21,212 nucleotides of DNA from a bacterium (GTDB lineage Bacteria > Fidelibacterota > Marinisomatia > Marinisomatales > UBA1611). The stretch's first letter is position 1. The number at the start of each line of letters is the position of its first letter. A program made the translations under genes and the position numbers. The stretch lies in NCBI GenBank assembly GCA_038127595.1, contig JAYPIC010000030.1, positions 1-21,212 on the forward strand, in the 5' to 3' direction. This document shows positions 13,704-21,212 of this stretch, one piece after another. The notes under the pieces were generated by a model, which ran no database searches, was not told the DNA's origin, and saw only the letters and a program-made list of their open reading frames with translations.

Positions 13704-16607
13704 TTATTTAGATGTTTGGGTCCAAACACCGTCCCAATCATCACCAGGAGGGTTTGATTTAAAATTTTGACAGCGAGGTATATAAACTCTGCTTGGGTTT
13801 GTTTTTCTTCCAGGGAACATCTCCTCAAGCTCATCAGCCGCTTGAAACGCCTCAATCGCTTTATCCCAGTCTTGTTTAAAATAATATTCTAAACCTTCAT
13901 GGAAAATGGGGAGTATCTTTTTATAAATTTCAGGTTCTTGGTCTTTTTCAGAAATGAGCTCAAAAACCTTGACAGGCTCGGTTTTACCCATAACTCGAAC
14001 AAAATCAAGCGCTCTTACAACGATTTGATCTTTAACTGCTTCATATGTACTATCAGCTATTTGAATATATACACCATACTGCTTTGCTGAACTTTCTAGC
14101 CTTGCTGCAAGATTTACTGTATCACCCATCATTGTGTAGTTCATTCTAGATTCAGAGCCCATATTACCAGTTACCATTTTACCAGTGTTAATGCCAATTC
14201 TATTTTGCATGTTATGTACTATTTCAGGCCATCTATCGCCCTCCTGCTGCCATTGACCTCTAAGAACAGCTAACCTCTCCTGCATTTTTATTGCTGTTCT
14301 GCATGCCATTAGCTCATGGTTTTTTAAGTCTAATGGAGCTCCATAAAATGCTACAATTGCATCACCAATGTATTTATCTAGTGTACCATTATTTTCCATG
14401 AGTATATCCGTCATTTCTGTTAGATAATCATTTAAAAGGCTGACTAGATCGCTAGCTGTTAATTTTTCTGAGAACGCTGAGAAACTTTGAATATCTGTAA
14501 AAAAAGCAGTGTGGTAACCCTCTTCACCGCCAAGTTCCGGTTCTTTACCACTCTCGTACATTTCATCAATGAGCTCAGGAGAAATATAAGTACCAAAAGA
14601 CGATTTAAGGAATTGTTTATTCTTTTCTTCTTGAATGTAGTTGTACACAGTTATGCCTAAGTACCCTAAACCTATAGTTGCGATGGGAGCGAATAGATCT
14701 AGCCAAAAATAATAATTAGTAAAAGCCCAAAAAGCAGTAAAGATATATACTAATATAAGTGCACCAACGGCAGCACCGCCAATTGCGGGGCTAAGTCTTT
14801 GAATTCCAAATGCTAATAATAGTGCTAAAGCTAAAAGAATGAATGAGACTACAGCTTTAGATGTCCTCGTTATAAAAATATCAGATAAAATTGTATTTAA
14901 AGCATTAGCGTGGAGGCCCACCATTGGATAACTACCATTAAATGGTTGTGAACCTAAATCAGATGTGCCTGGAGCGGTTAAACCATAAAGTAGTTTTTTC
15001 TTTTGAAACTCAAATGGAACAATCCTTCGAGCTGTATTTTTTTTAACATTTCCAACAACAATTCGGTCTTTATTTTGCCAGAAAAATAATGGTCTTTGCT
15101 CATCAACAATATTGTGTTTATTTAGATTTTGAACGATTAAAAATGTTCTCTCAAGTTGTGAAATTTCAACTAAAGACCTTTTTAATATTTTTATATAGCC
15201 TTCATCTTTAGATGTTTTTAATGAAGATCTAACATCTTCCTTAAGCTTATTAAAACTACTTATGCTATAATCTTTTATAGGGGCTTCAAAGGCAAGTTTT
15301 TTATTAGTTAAAAAATCATCAAGGCTAAGACTAGGGTTAACTAGTAAATCCCTGGCAATAATGTTGGCATTCTTTATTTCATTGTACATTTTAATTTGAG
15401 GATACTTAGCTTTTCTTTTTATACTTGTAAAAAACTGTTCCCCAGTATTTAGGCCATTGGTTTTAGAAATGTATGACTCCATTTGTGTTGCCATGCCTAG
15501 TTGTCTAATCGTTTTTATCACATCTTTTTTGCTTGCAAATTTTTCTTCAAACGAAGCTTTCATTAGAGCTTTTAAGTTTTTTGCACCTTGTAAACTTGGA
15601 TCAGAGTAAGCTAGTTTTTTTACCTCGGCTAATACATAATTATCATACTCACTTTCTCTGAATTTTTTTAGAACCCAATAAGGGTAGTGTATGAAATCAA
15701 AATTACCATCCGAATCTTCCCATTGCCCAGCCCAGTTGACCTGCATAAGGCCTCTTTTATCTATTGGTATTTCTATAACTGATCTACCATATTCATCTGC
15801 AGAGGGGAGAGGGATAGATAAATATTTTCCCGGTATTATTTCAACATCATTAAAACTTACTCCGTAGTGGTCAAGTGCTAATGCCAAACCTGCATTTGGA
15901 AAAAGCTTGTCTTCATATTTTCCAACTAGAGGATATCTTCTACTAATGCCATCTGGTTCGGATATAGTTTGAAAAAAGTATGTACCTTTGCTTGATTTGA
16001 TTAATTCGTCAACTGGAGGATCAATATCATAAAAGTCATTAATGGTCTCAAATTCAGAAGGGTCAATTTTTCTAAAAAATTTGCCGTCTTCAAGAAGTTG
16101 TAATCTAACGTCTTTTTCTTCGGTTCTTTTTCTGACTGCCATTTTTTTCGCTGGCTGAGGGAAAAATGTATATCCAAAATATATATTCCCTGCTTCTTCT
16201 GCAGCCTTTGCCAAATCAATATCAGGATCTGGGAAAAGGTTTTCAATCTCTTTAATTGTTAATACGCTATCATTAATTGTTGAGACATTATCATATTCAA
16301 GCTTGCGCTCTTGTCGTTCGATAAAAAAGATATCAAATGCCAAGGCGTCCATTCCATGCTCTTTTGCAGCCATAACAGAAGGTATGTGTTTTTCCCTGCT
16401 CCATGGCCATCTGCCAATTTGTTGCAGACTTTTTGCATCCATATCGAGGGTGGCAATGTCTTGTCTAGTCTCAATTCTTCCACGATTTAAAAATCTCATA
16501 TCTAAGAGTTTGTTTTCTACTCCATCATAAAGCTCAAACCAAGTCAGAATAATAAAAACAACTGCGACTCCAAAAGAAATAAGTATATATGGATAATCTT
16601 TTTGCAT
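13704..16607 (-). CDS. CHASE2-domain membrane-bound class III adenylate cyclase
   Basis: N-terminal TM, then CHASE2 motifs ENKLLDMRF..RG, IGRWPWSR, FDIFF, PDGISRRYPL, GLTAPG..DL and HANALNTIL, then three TMs. Catalytic motifs FTDIQSFS (D705), DKYIGD (K745/D749), RIGINTG, YTMMGDTVNLAARLE (T825, N832, R836) and VRVMGK. Typical WDGVW..TSK tail. Confidence 0.95.
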   Translation of the reverse strand: MQKDYPYILISFGVAVVFIILTWFELYDGVENKLLDMRFLNRGRIETRQDIATLDMDAKSLQQIGRWPWSREKHIPSVMAAKEHGMDALAFDIFFIERQERKLEYDNVSTINDSVLTIKEIENLFPDPDIDLAKAAEEAGNIYFGYTFFPQPAKKMAVRKRTEEKDVRLQLLEDGKFFRKIDPSEFETINDFYDIDPPVDELIKSSKGTYFFQTISEPDGISRRYPLVGKYEDKLFPNAGLALALDHYGVSFNDVEIIPGKYLSIPLPSADEYGRSVIEIPIDKRGLMQVNWAGQWEDSDGNFDFIHYPYWVLKKFRESEYDNYVLAEVKKLAYSDPSLQGAKNLKALMKASFEEKFASKKDVIKTIRQLGMATQMESYISKTNGLNTGEQFFTSIKRKAKYPQIKMYNEIKNANIIARDLLVNPSLSLDDFLTNKKLAFEAPIKDYSISSFNKLKEDVRSSLKTSKDEGYIKILKRSLVEISQLERTFLIVQNLNKHNIVDEQRPLFFWQNKDRIVVGNVKKNTARRIVPFEFQKKKLLYGLTAPGTSDLGSQPFNGSYPMVGLHANALNTILSDIFITRTSKAVVSFILLALALLLAFGIQRLSPAIGGAAVGALILVYIFTAFWAFTNYYFWLDLFAPIATIGLGYLGITVYNYIQEEKNKQFLKSSFGTYISPELIDEMYESGKEPELGGEEGYHTAFFTDIQSFSAFSEKLTASDLVSLLNDYLTEMTDILMENNGTLDKYIGDAIVAFYGAPLDLKNHELMACRTAIKMQERLAVLRGQWQQEGDRWPEIVHNMQNRIGINTGKMVTGNMGSESRMNYTMMGDTVNLAARLESSAKQYGVYIQIADSTYEAVKDQIVVRALDFVRVMGKTEPVKVFELISEKDQEPEIYKKILPIFHEGLEYYFKQDWDKAIEAFQAADELEEMFPGRKTNPSRVYIPRCQNFKSNPPGDDWDGVWTQTSK

Positions 16608-16618
16608 GGCTATTTTAA

Positions 16619-17938
16619 TTAATCATATACAGTAGGAGTAATAAACATTAATAGTTCTCTTTGTTCTTTTTGAACTGAGGTGGTTTTGAAAAAATAACCT
16701 ACAACAGGTATAGCACTAAGTATTGGTACGTATTTTTTATTTCTTATGATGTTATCGGCAATTAGGCCACCAATGATCACGGTTTCTCCATTATAAACAG
16801 AAACTTGTGTGGTAACTGTTCTTTTGGTAGACCTAGGCTTATCTGTTGATATTTCTGCCGCAGATAAAAGAGCCTCTACTGTAGCATCGACTAATAATGT
16901 TATAATATTATTTTCATTAATTCTAGGAGTAACTTGTAGTTTAATTCCAATATCCTTTTCTTGGACAGTATTTGCAGCTCCATACAGTCCCAGTCCAGGT
17001 ATGCCAGTCGCCGCATTACCTTGTGCGTTTGTGTTTGCATTATTACCGCCTGAGTTTAATCCCTCGATGTATACTGTTGTTGATACTTCAGTTGTAGCTT
17101 GATGATTATCGAGAGTAGTTACTTGAGGGCTGGATAATAGTTTACTTCTTCCTCTAGCTTGCATGACCTTTAGTGCTGAAGTTAATTGTGAGGGGTTAAG
17201 TGTTGCTATTGTGACATTATTTAAATTTATAGGGAAATTAACAGTGTCATTTGGACTGCCACCTAGTTGCACTGGACTATTTGTCCAATCAACACCGTAC
17301 GATTTAGACGTGTCAAGTTGAGTTTCAATGAATTTAACAGCAATATTTATATTTTTTATTGGCTTATCCAGTTGTTTTACCATACTAAGTACTCGAGGTA
17401 TGTTTTCTTGAACATCTGAAACAATAGCCATATTTGGAGGCCCTGTTTGTCCTGCCATAGAGGCTACTGGCAAGAATGATTGGACAGAACCTCGAGTTGT
17501 TAAAATAGTAGATAGTGGAGCTTGCAGATCATTTGAATTAATGTATTTTAATCTAATTACAACAGACTCAAGTTCACCAATTAGTTGAGTGTCTAAGTCT
17601 TTTACAATAATGATATTATCCTGAACAAAATAACTATAGTTATTTGGTTTTAAGATTGCATCTAATGCTGCTTTTACAGTGACGTTTTCCAGGTTTGCGG
17701 TAATTGTATCTTCAATATTAGGGCTAATTACAATATTAAGGCCTGTAAGCTCTCCAATCATCGTCAAGACATTTCGAATGTCAGACTCTTTTAAATTAAT
17801 GGACATTTTATCCATTAGTTTATATCGCTCACTTTCCTGATCGCTTTGAGTTATTTTAGAGTATGCAGGATCACTCCACTGAGACATAAGCATTGCTTGG
17901 AATAAAATAAGAACTAGTATAAAATGTTTTTTACTCAT
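16619..17938 (-). CDS. pilQ: Secretin, PilQ/GspD family, short form
   Basis: STN/N0 domain (SINLKESDIRNVL..GLNIVI) and one N domain (VIRLKYINSNDL). Core motifs LLSSPQVTTLDN, DIGIKLQVTPRI, GETVIIGGLI, VPILSAIPVVGYFF and RELLMFITP. Occupies the last position of a pilMNOP-like run. Confidence 0.9.
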   Translation of the reverse strand: MSKKHFILVLILFQAMLMSQWSDPAYSKITQSDQESERYKLMDKMSINLKESDIRNVLTMIGELTGLNIVISPNIEDTITANLENVTVKAALDAILKPNNYSYFVQDNIIIVKDLDTQLIGELESVVIRLKYINSNDLQAPLSTILTTRGSVQSFLPVASMAGQTGPPNMAIVSDVQENIPRVLSMVKQLDKPIKNINIAVKFIETQLDTSKSYGVDWTNSPVQLGGSPNDTVNFPINLNNVTIATLNPSQLTSALKVMQARGRSKLLSSPQVTTLDNHQATTEVSTTVYIEGLNSGGNNANTNAQGNAATGIPGLGLYGAANTVQEKDIGIKLQVTPRINENNIITLLVDATVEALLSAAEISTDKPRSTKRTVTTQVSVYNGETVIIGGLIADNIIRNKKYVPILSAIPVVGYFFKTTSVQKEQRELLMFITPTVYD

Positions 17939-18490
17939 TTAGTTTCCAACATTTCTTGTAACCGTTGTGCTACCGTTTCTGAAAGTAATTTGATCATTTT
18001 CAATTCGGTCAATAAGGATATCGCTATTTAAGTATTCACCTTGCCTGAATCTTCTATTATCAATTAATACAATTTTTTCATTATTGAACTCTGCCACAAT
18101 TTCTACATTGTATCTCTCTAAGTTCTTTAATAGAATGGATTTTTCTATATCTTTTTCTTCTTCAGAAGTAATAGAAGCTCCATCTATATCAGCTTCACTA
18201 GATGTAGCAACAGCATTAAATGGGTTTCTCTGCCAACCAACTAACTGAGATGATAAGGATGATCTTTTTCGGGAACTAACTGGAGAAATAGAATTATTTA
18301 ATTTTGGAGTATTATTAGTTTGAGTAGAATTTTGAGAGACCACTTTTTTAGGCCTTTGAATTTTAGGCTTTCTTGCTGGCTTTGAACTACTGGAATCGGA
18401 GGACTTACTAAATTGATCAAAAATCATGATTGCCAATGAAATTCCTAATCCAATTAAAAGATTTCTAAGTCTAGGGGTCATGTCGACCAT
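17939..18490 (-). CDS. PilP/GspB-like bitopic inner-membrane protein
   Basis: N-terminal TM (LLIGLGISLAIMIF), S/K/P-rich linker, RNPF motif (RDPF in PilP) and a C-terminal beta domain (VLIDNRRFRQGEYL..LIDRIENDQITF). It sits between pilO and the secretin, and its stop abuts the secretin ATG. Confidence 0.65.
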   Translation of the reverse strand: MVDMTPRLRNLLIGLGISLAIMIFDQFSKSSDSSSSKPARKPKIQRPKKVVSQNSTQTNNTPKLNNSISPVSSRKRSSLSSQLVGWQRNPFNAVATSSEADIDGASITSEEEKDIEKSILLKNLERYNVEIVAEFNNEKIVLIDNRRFRQGEYLNSDILIDRIENDQITFRNGSTTVTRNVGN

Positions 18491-18570
18491 TAATTTAAAC
18501 TAAAACAATGTTTAACTAACGGAAAATATTTATAAAACTTGCATAAAAAAATGGTTATAATTTTAACTAT

Positions 18571-19395
18571 TTACAGATTATTCAAACTTTTTTGTAAAAG
18601 TGAAATAGCAAGATTTTCATCGATTTCCTTACCATTATTTTCTTTAATGTAATTAATGATTTTTACTATATCAATTAAACTTGAAGCGCCAGTAGCTTTA
18701 ATGGCGTTTGTTATAATATCTTCATCAGACATTTGATAAGAACCGTTTACTGGTTTTGCAGTATTTTCACTATTTGGGGTGGTGCTGGCAAAACCTTGAT
18801 TGCTTTGCATAACAGCGGTGCTAGTAGAACTATTTTTTGTGTATATGTAAGAAATAAAAGAAATTTTTTGTTCCCCTTCTAAATATGGGTTCTGTGATAT
18901 TTGAATATTGCTTATGGTTAGGTAATAATTTGAATAAGCTAATTGGTCTAAAAAATTACCAAAATCGATGAAACTCCCTCTAAGTTCTACATCGATAGGA
19001 TACTTCTCTACTAGAATGGTTTCTTGAGTTTCAGGGTTGAGTATTTGTTTTTCATCAAGAGGAGCAAGAGAGGGATTAAAGTTATCCACTGCTAGTTTAT
19101 TTTTTTCTAACAAACTAAAAAGCATTTTTGTAACATTATCAAATTGTGCATCTGTAGGGATTTTTTGGATCAGAGATGATAGATCGTCTTTCAATTCTTT
19201 CCATTCTTTTTCGATTGCAGGGAATTTTGTTTGTATCTGAGAGTATTTATTTTTTTCGTTTTTTAATTGATTATAGCTTGTATTCATTTTATCTAATGAC
19301 TTATTCAGCTCACTAAAATACATAAAATACCACCCTCCGCATGAAAGCAAGACGAATGCTATGATACCAATGAAAAGATTTTTTTGTTTATCCAT
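18571..19395 (-). CDS. pilO: PilO-family type IV pilus alignment protein with a C-terminal extension
   Basis: N-terminal TM ending GGWYFMY, a coiled coil, then KIPTDAQFD and KYPIDVELRGSFIDFGNFLDQL..YLTISNIQI, a typical PilO ferredoxin-like core. Confidence 0.85.
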   Translation of the reverse strand: MDKQKNLFIGIIAFVLLSCGGWYFMYFSELNKSLDKMNTSYNQLKNEKNKYSQIQTKFPAIEKEWKELKDDLSSLIQKIPTDAQFDNVTKMLFSLLEKNKLAVDNFNPSLAPLDEKQILNPETQETILVEKYPIDVELRGSFIDFGNFLDQLAYSNYYLTISNIQISQNPYLEGEQKISFISYIYTKNSSTSTAVMQSNQGFASTTPNSENTAKPVNGSYQMSDEDIITNAIKATGASSLIDIVKIINYIKENNGKEIDENLAISLLQKSLNNL

Positions 19396-19400
19396 AGGTG

Positions 19401-21212
19401 TTAAATCTCACACTTTAATTCAAAGGTCATGTTATCAATGTCCATTCCACTAGTAGTTTTTTTATTTATTACATCAATTTTCTTAAACAGGCCTGAATTT
19501 TCTACCTGAGTAATAAAGTTAGAGAAGTATCTTTCTTTCAATGCTGGATTTGCTGTTATTGCCCCAGTAACTTTCGCAAAATCTTTTTCTTCGTCAACTA
19601 TTGTAATAACTTTTTCGAGAGAATTCCCGACATGAATCCAATCTCCACGCTCCCAACCTCTTTGGAATGAGATCATATCCAATGTTATTTCTTTTGGGGT
19701 ATTATAACTGAAAAACCTCATAATACTTATTGAAAGATTAGAAAGTTTTGATTCTTTTAATAAAACGTCTAGCTGGGCGATAATAGTATTTTTTTCTGAA
19801 GAAACTTTTTCATACTGGCTTTTTATTGGCGCAATACTTGTTGCTTGAGATTTCATGGCGTTTAACTTTGTTTTCATCTCATCATGATTAATGGTTGTCC
19901 AACCTGAGAGTGATATCATGCCTATGAAGATTGCCGCAGCTAATGGGATGCTAAATTTATTTCCTAGTCTAAATTTCTCTGAATCTTTGAAAACGTCAGG
20001 GAGGAGGCTAATAGATTTATCAAGATTTAAAGCAGCTCCTACAGCTGTAGTAAGCGCTGTTTTGGAAAATTCAATATTTTCTCTTTCCTCCTCATCAGGG
20101 AAGAAGGCAATATTTTTAAAGGGATCTAAAAAGTTAACATCAACGTCCAGTTGATTGTGCAGGTATTCATCCAAGAATAATACTTCTTCAGCGCAGCCGC
20201 TTAGGAAAATTTCAGAAATGTTATCTACAGGGAAAGATTGAGCCATGCTGTTTAGAGCCCGTTCTATTTCTTGATCCCAGCTTTCGATCACAGGGCGCAT
20301 TGCATCGTCCTGAGGTTTTTTCTGTTTATTAGTAGAATTATCTTTTATGTCTGATTTTAAAATAGAAGGAGGGACTCTACAATAATCTCTTTTATCCCAC
20401 TTTGCTTTTGAAGCAGTTGAACGATATTTCCATGCATCTGTAAGATTTTGGATACCAAGATCTAATGGCACGATTGCATCAGGGTAGCCTTGATTATAGC
20501 CTAGTATAAAACTTTCGATTTCTCCGACATGTAATATCAAAATAATATCATGTTTTTTGCCCGGATAATTCCATCGAAATGAATTAAGCACTGTTTGAGC
20601 AGCTGGTGGCCATAATCGTATATCCCATTTTTTCTCACCTAAAGTTTGTGCAGGAGAGTCCATGTAATCAGCATTTGCAACCCCAATAATATTTTTGCCT
20701 TGCTCCAGTTCAATTGAATCAAAAATAATATCATCTGAATTAAATGGTAAATTCTTTTTTGCATCATAATCTATTATCATTTTTCGTTCTTTTTTGTTTT
20801 CTGGAGGAACGATAACAGTCTTTAATAAACTAGATGTATTATTAATTGTAAAAGAAATGGGTGCTCCTGAATGAAGACTTTTGATAACCCCTCTAGGTAT
20901 TTTAGATCCTTTTTTTTCCAGTTTTGAGGTTAATTGTTCATAAGCTTTACCAATGGCTACAGAAAAACCGGTTGGATTTCTTTTTGGGTCTAATTTTGCT
21001 TTGGTTGCTGAGAAAATATCGGACCCAATTAGTGATTTTATTCCGCCTTTATCTTGAATTAAAGCAGAATATATGTGACCTTGGTCCATTGCTATACCTA
21101 AAAGCAGTTTTTCTTTCTTAAAAGGGGGTGAAGAAATATTTGATGGATAGGTACCAATACTTCTTTTTAATCTTTTTTTCTTTCGTTGGTACCATTTACT
21201 TGATTCTTCTTC
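19401..21212 (-). CDS. pilM: PilM-PilN fusion protein (5' end outside the window)
   Basis: The frame has no stop from 21212 to the ATG at 21089 (41 extra codons ending LLLGIA). PilM-like motifs: AKKNLPF..DIIFD, IFLSG..LDEYL..LDPF and TTAVGAAL. These are followed by ISLLP (PilN INLLP), a TM, a coiled coil and a PilN-like core (TPKEITLDMISF..VTG..VENSGLF..FELKC). Confidence 0.85.
   Translation of the reverse strand, partial: EEESSKWYQRKKKRLKRSIGTYPSNISSPPFKKEKLLLGIAMDQGHIYSALIQDKGGIKSLIGSDIFSATKAKLDPKRNPTGFSVAIGKAYEQLTSKLEKKGSKIPRGVIKSLHSGAPISFTINNTSSLLKTVIVPPENKKERKMIIDYDAKKNLPFNSDDIIFDSIELEQGKNIIGVANADYMDSPAQTLGEKKWDIRLWPPAAQTVLNSFRWNYPGKKHDIILILHVGEIESFILGYNQGYPDAIVPLDLGIQNLTDAWKYRSTASKAKWDKRDYCRVPPSILKSDIKDNSTNKQKKPQDDAMRPVIESWDQEIERALNSMAQSFPVDNISEIFLSGCAEEVLFLDEYLHNQLDVDVNFLDPFKNIAFFPDEEERENIEFSKTALTTAVGAALNLDKSISLLPDVFKDSEKFRLGNKFSIPLAAAIFIGMISLSGWTTINHDEMKTKLNAMKSQATSIAPIKSQYEKVSSEKNTIIAQLDVLLKESKLSNLSISIMRFFSYNTPKEITLDMISFQRGWERGDWIHVGNSLEKVITIVDEEKDFAKVTGAITANPALKERYFSNFITQVENSGLFKKIDVINKKTTSGMDIDNMTFELKCEI

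Noticed and set aside
18491..18570. TTGCAT and TATAAT hexamers in the 80-nt gap between pilO and the pilP-like gene
   Set aside because: They are on the antisense (+) strand with only an 11-nt spacer, in very AT-rich DNA. There is no supportable promoter, terminator or sRNA.
19397..19412. CRP-box-like TGTGA-N6-ACACC on the minus strand at the pilN/pilO junction
   Set aside because: It is an 8/10 match and tempting given the cyclase, but TGTGAG encodes the terminal Cys-Glu of PilN and no promoter is evident. Chance is the simpler explanation.
1..21212. Anti-phage defence system, mobile element, RNA gene or alternative genetic code
   Set aside because: No nuclease, NTPase, integrase, transposase, tRNA or rRNA signatures. 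The cyclase is a CHASE2 receptor type, not Pycsar/CBASS-like. The ORFs tile the window under the standard code, with TAA, TAG and TGA all used as stops.

Overview
AT-rich bacterial DNA (roughly one-third GC by eye), densely coding, with 11 credible CDSs. No RNA gene, mobile element or CRISPR array was seen. The YPNPFNPST/FlgD-type secretion tail, Gln directly after signal peptides and weak Shine-Dalgarno signals point to an FCB-group organism; Marinimicrobia/SAR406-like is an inference. The plus strand (1-6189) carries a 5'-truncated T9SS-CTD surface protein, a 968-aa acidic lipoprotein with a ~135-aa internal repeat, and a coupled DUF5723/FadL-like outer-membrane barrel. The minus strand (21212-6194) is one tightly packed 8-gene run: PilM-PilN fusion (open to the window edge), PilO with a YqeY-like tail, PilP-like protein, short PilQ/GspD secretin, CHASE2 class III adenylate cyclase, a 1427-aa double FG-GAP propeller protein with a type-B-like CTD, a PorV-like barrel/transglutaminase-like/TPR fusion, and a small exported 'AGVRG'/TPR protein. 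The best candidate for an undescribed system is the last four genes: a putative surface-to-cytoplasm cAMP signalling or adhesin-processing module attached to a type IV filament operon. All domain calls come from motif reading only; no database search was run.
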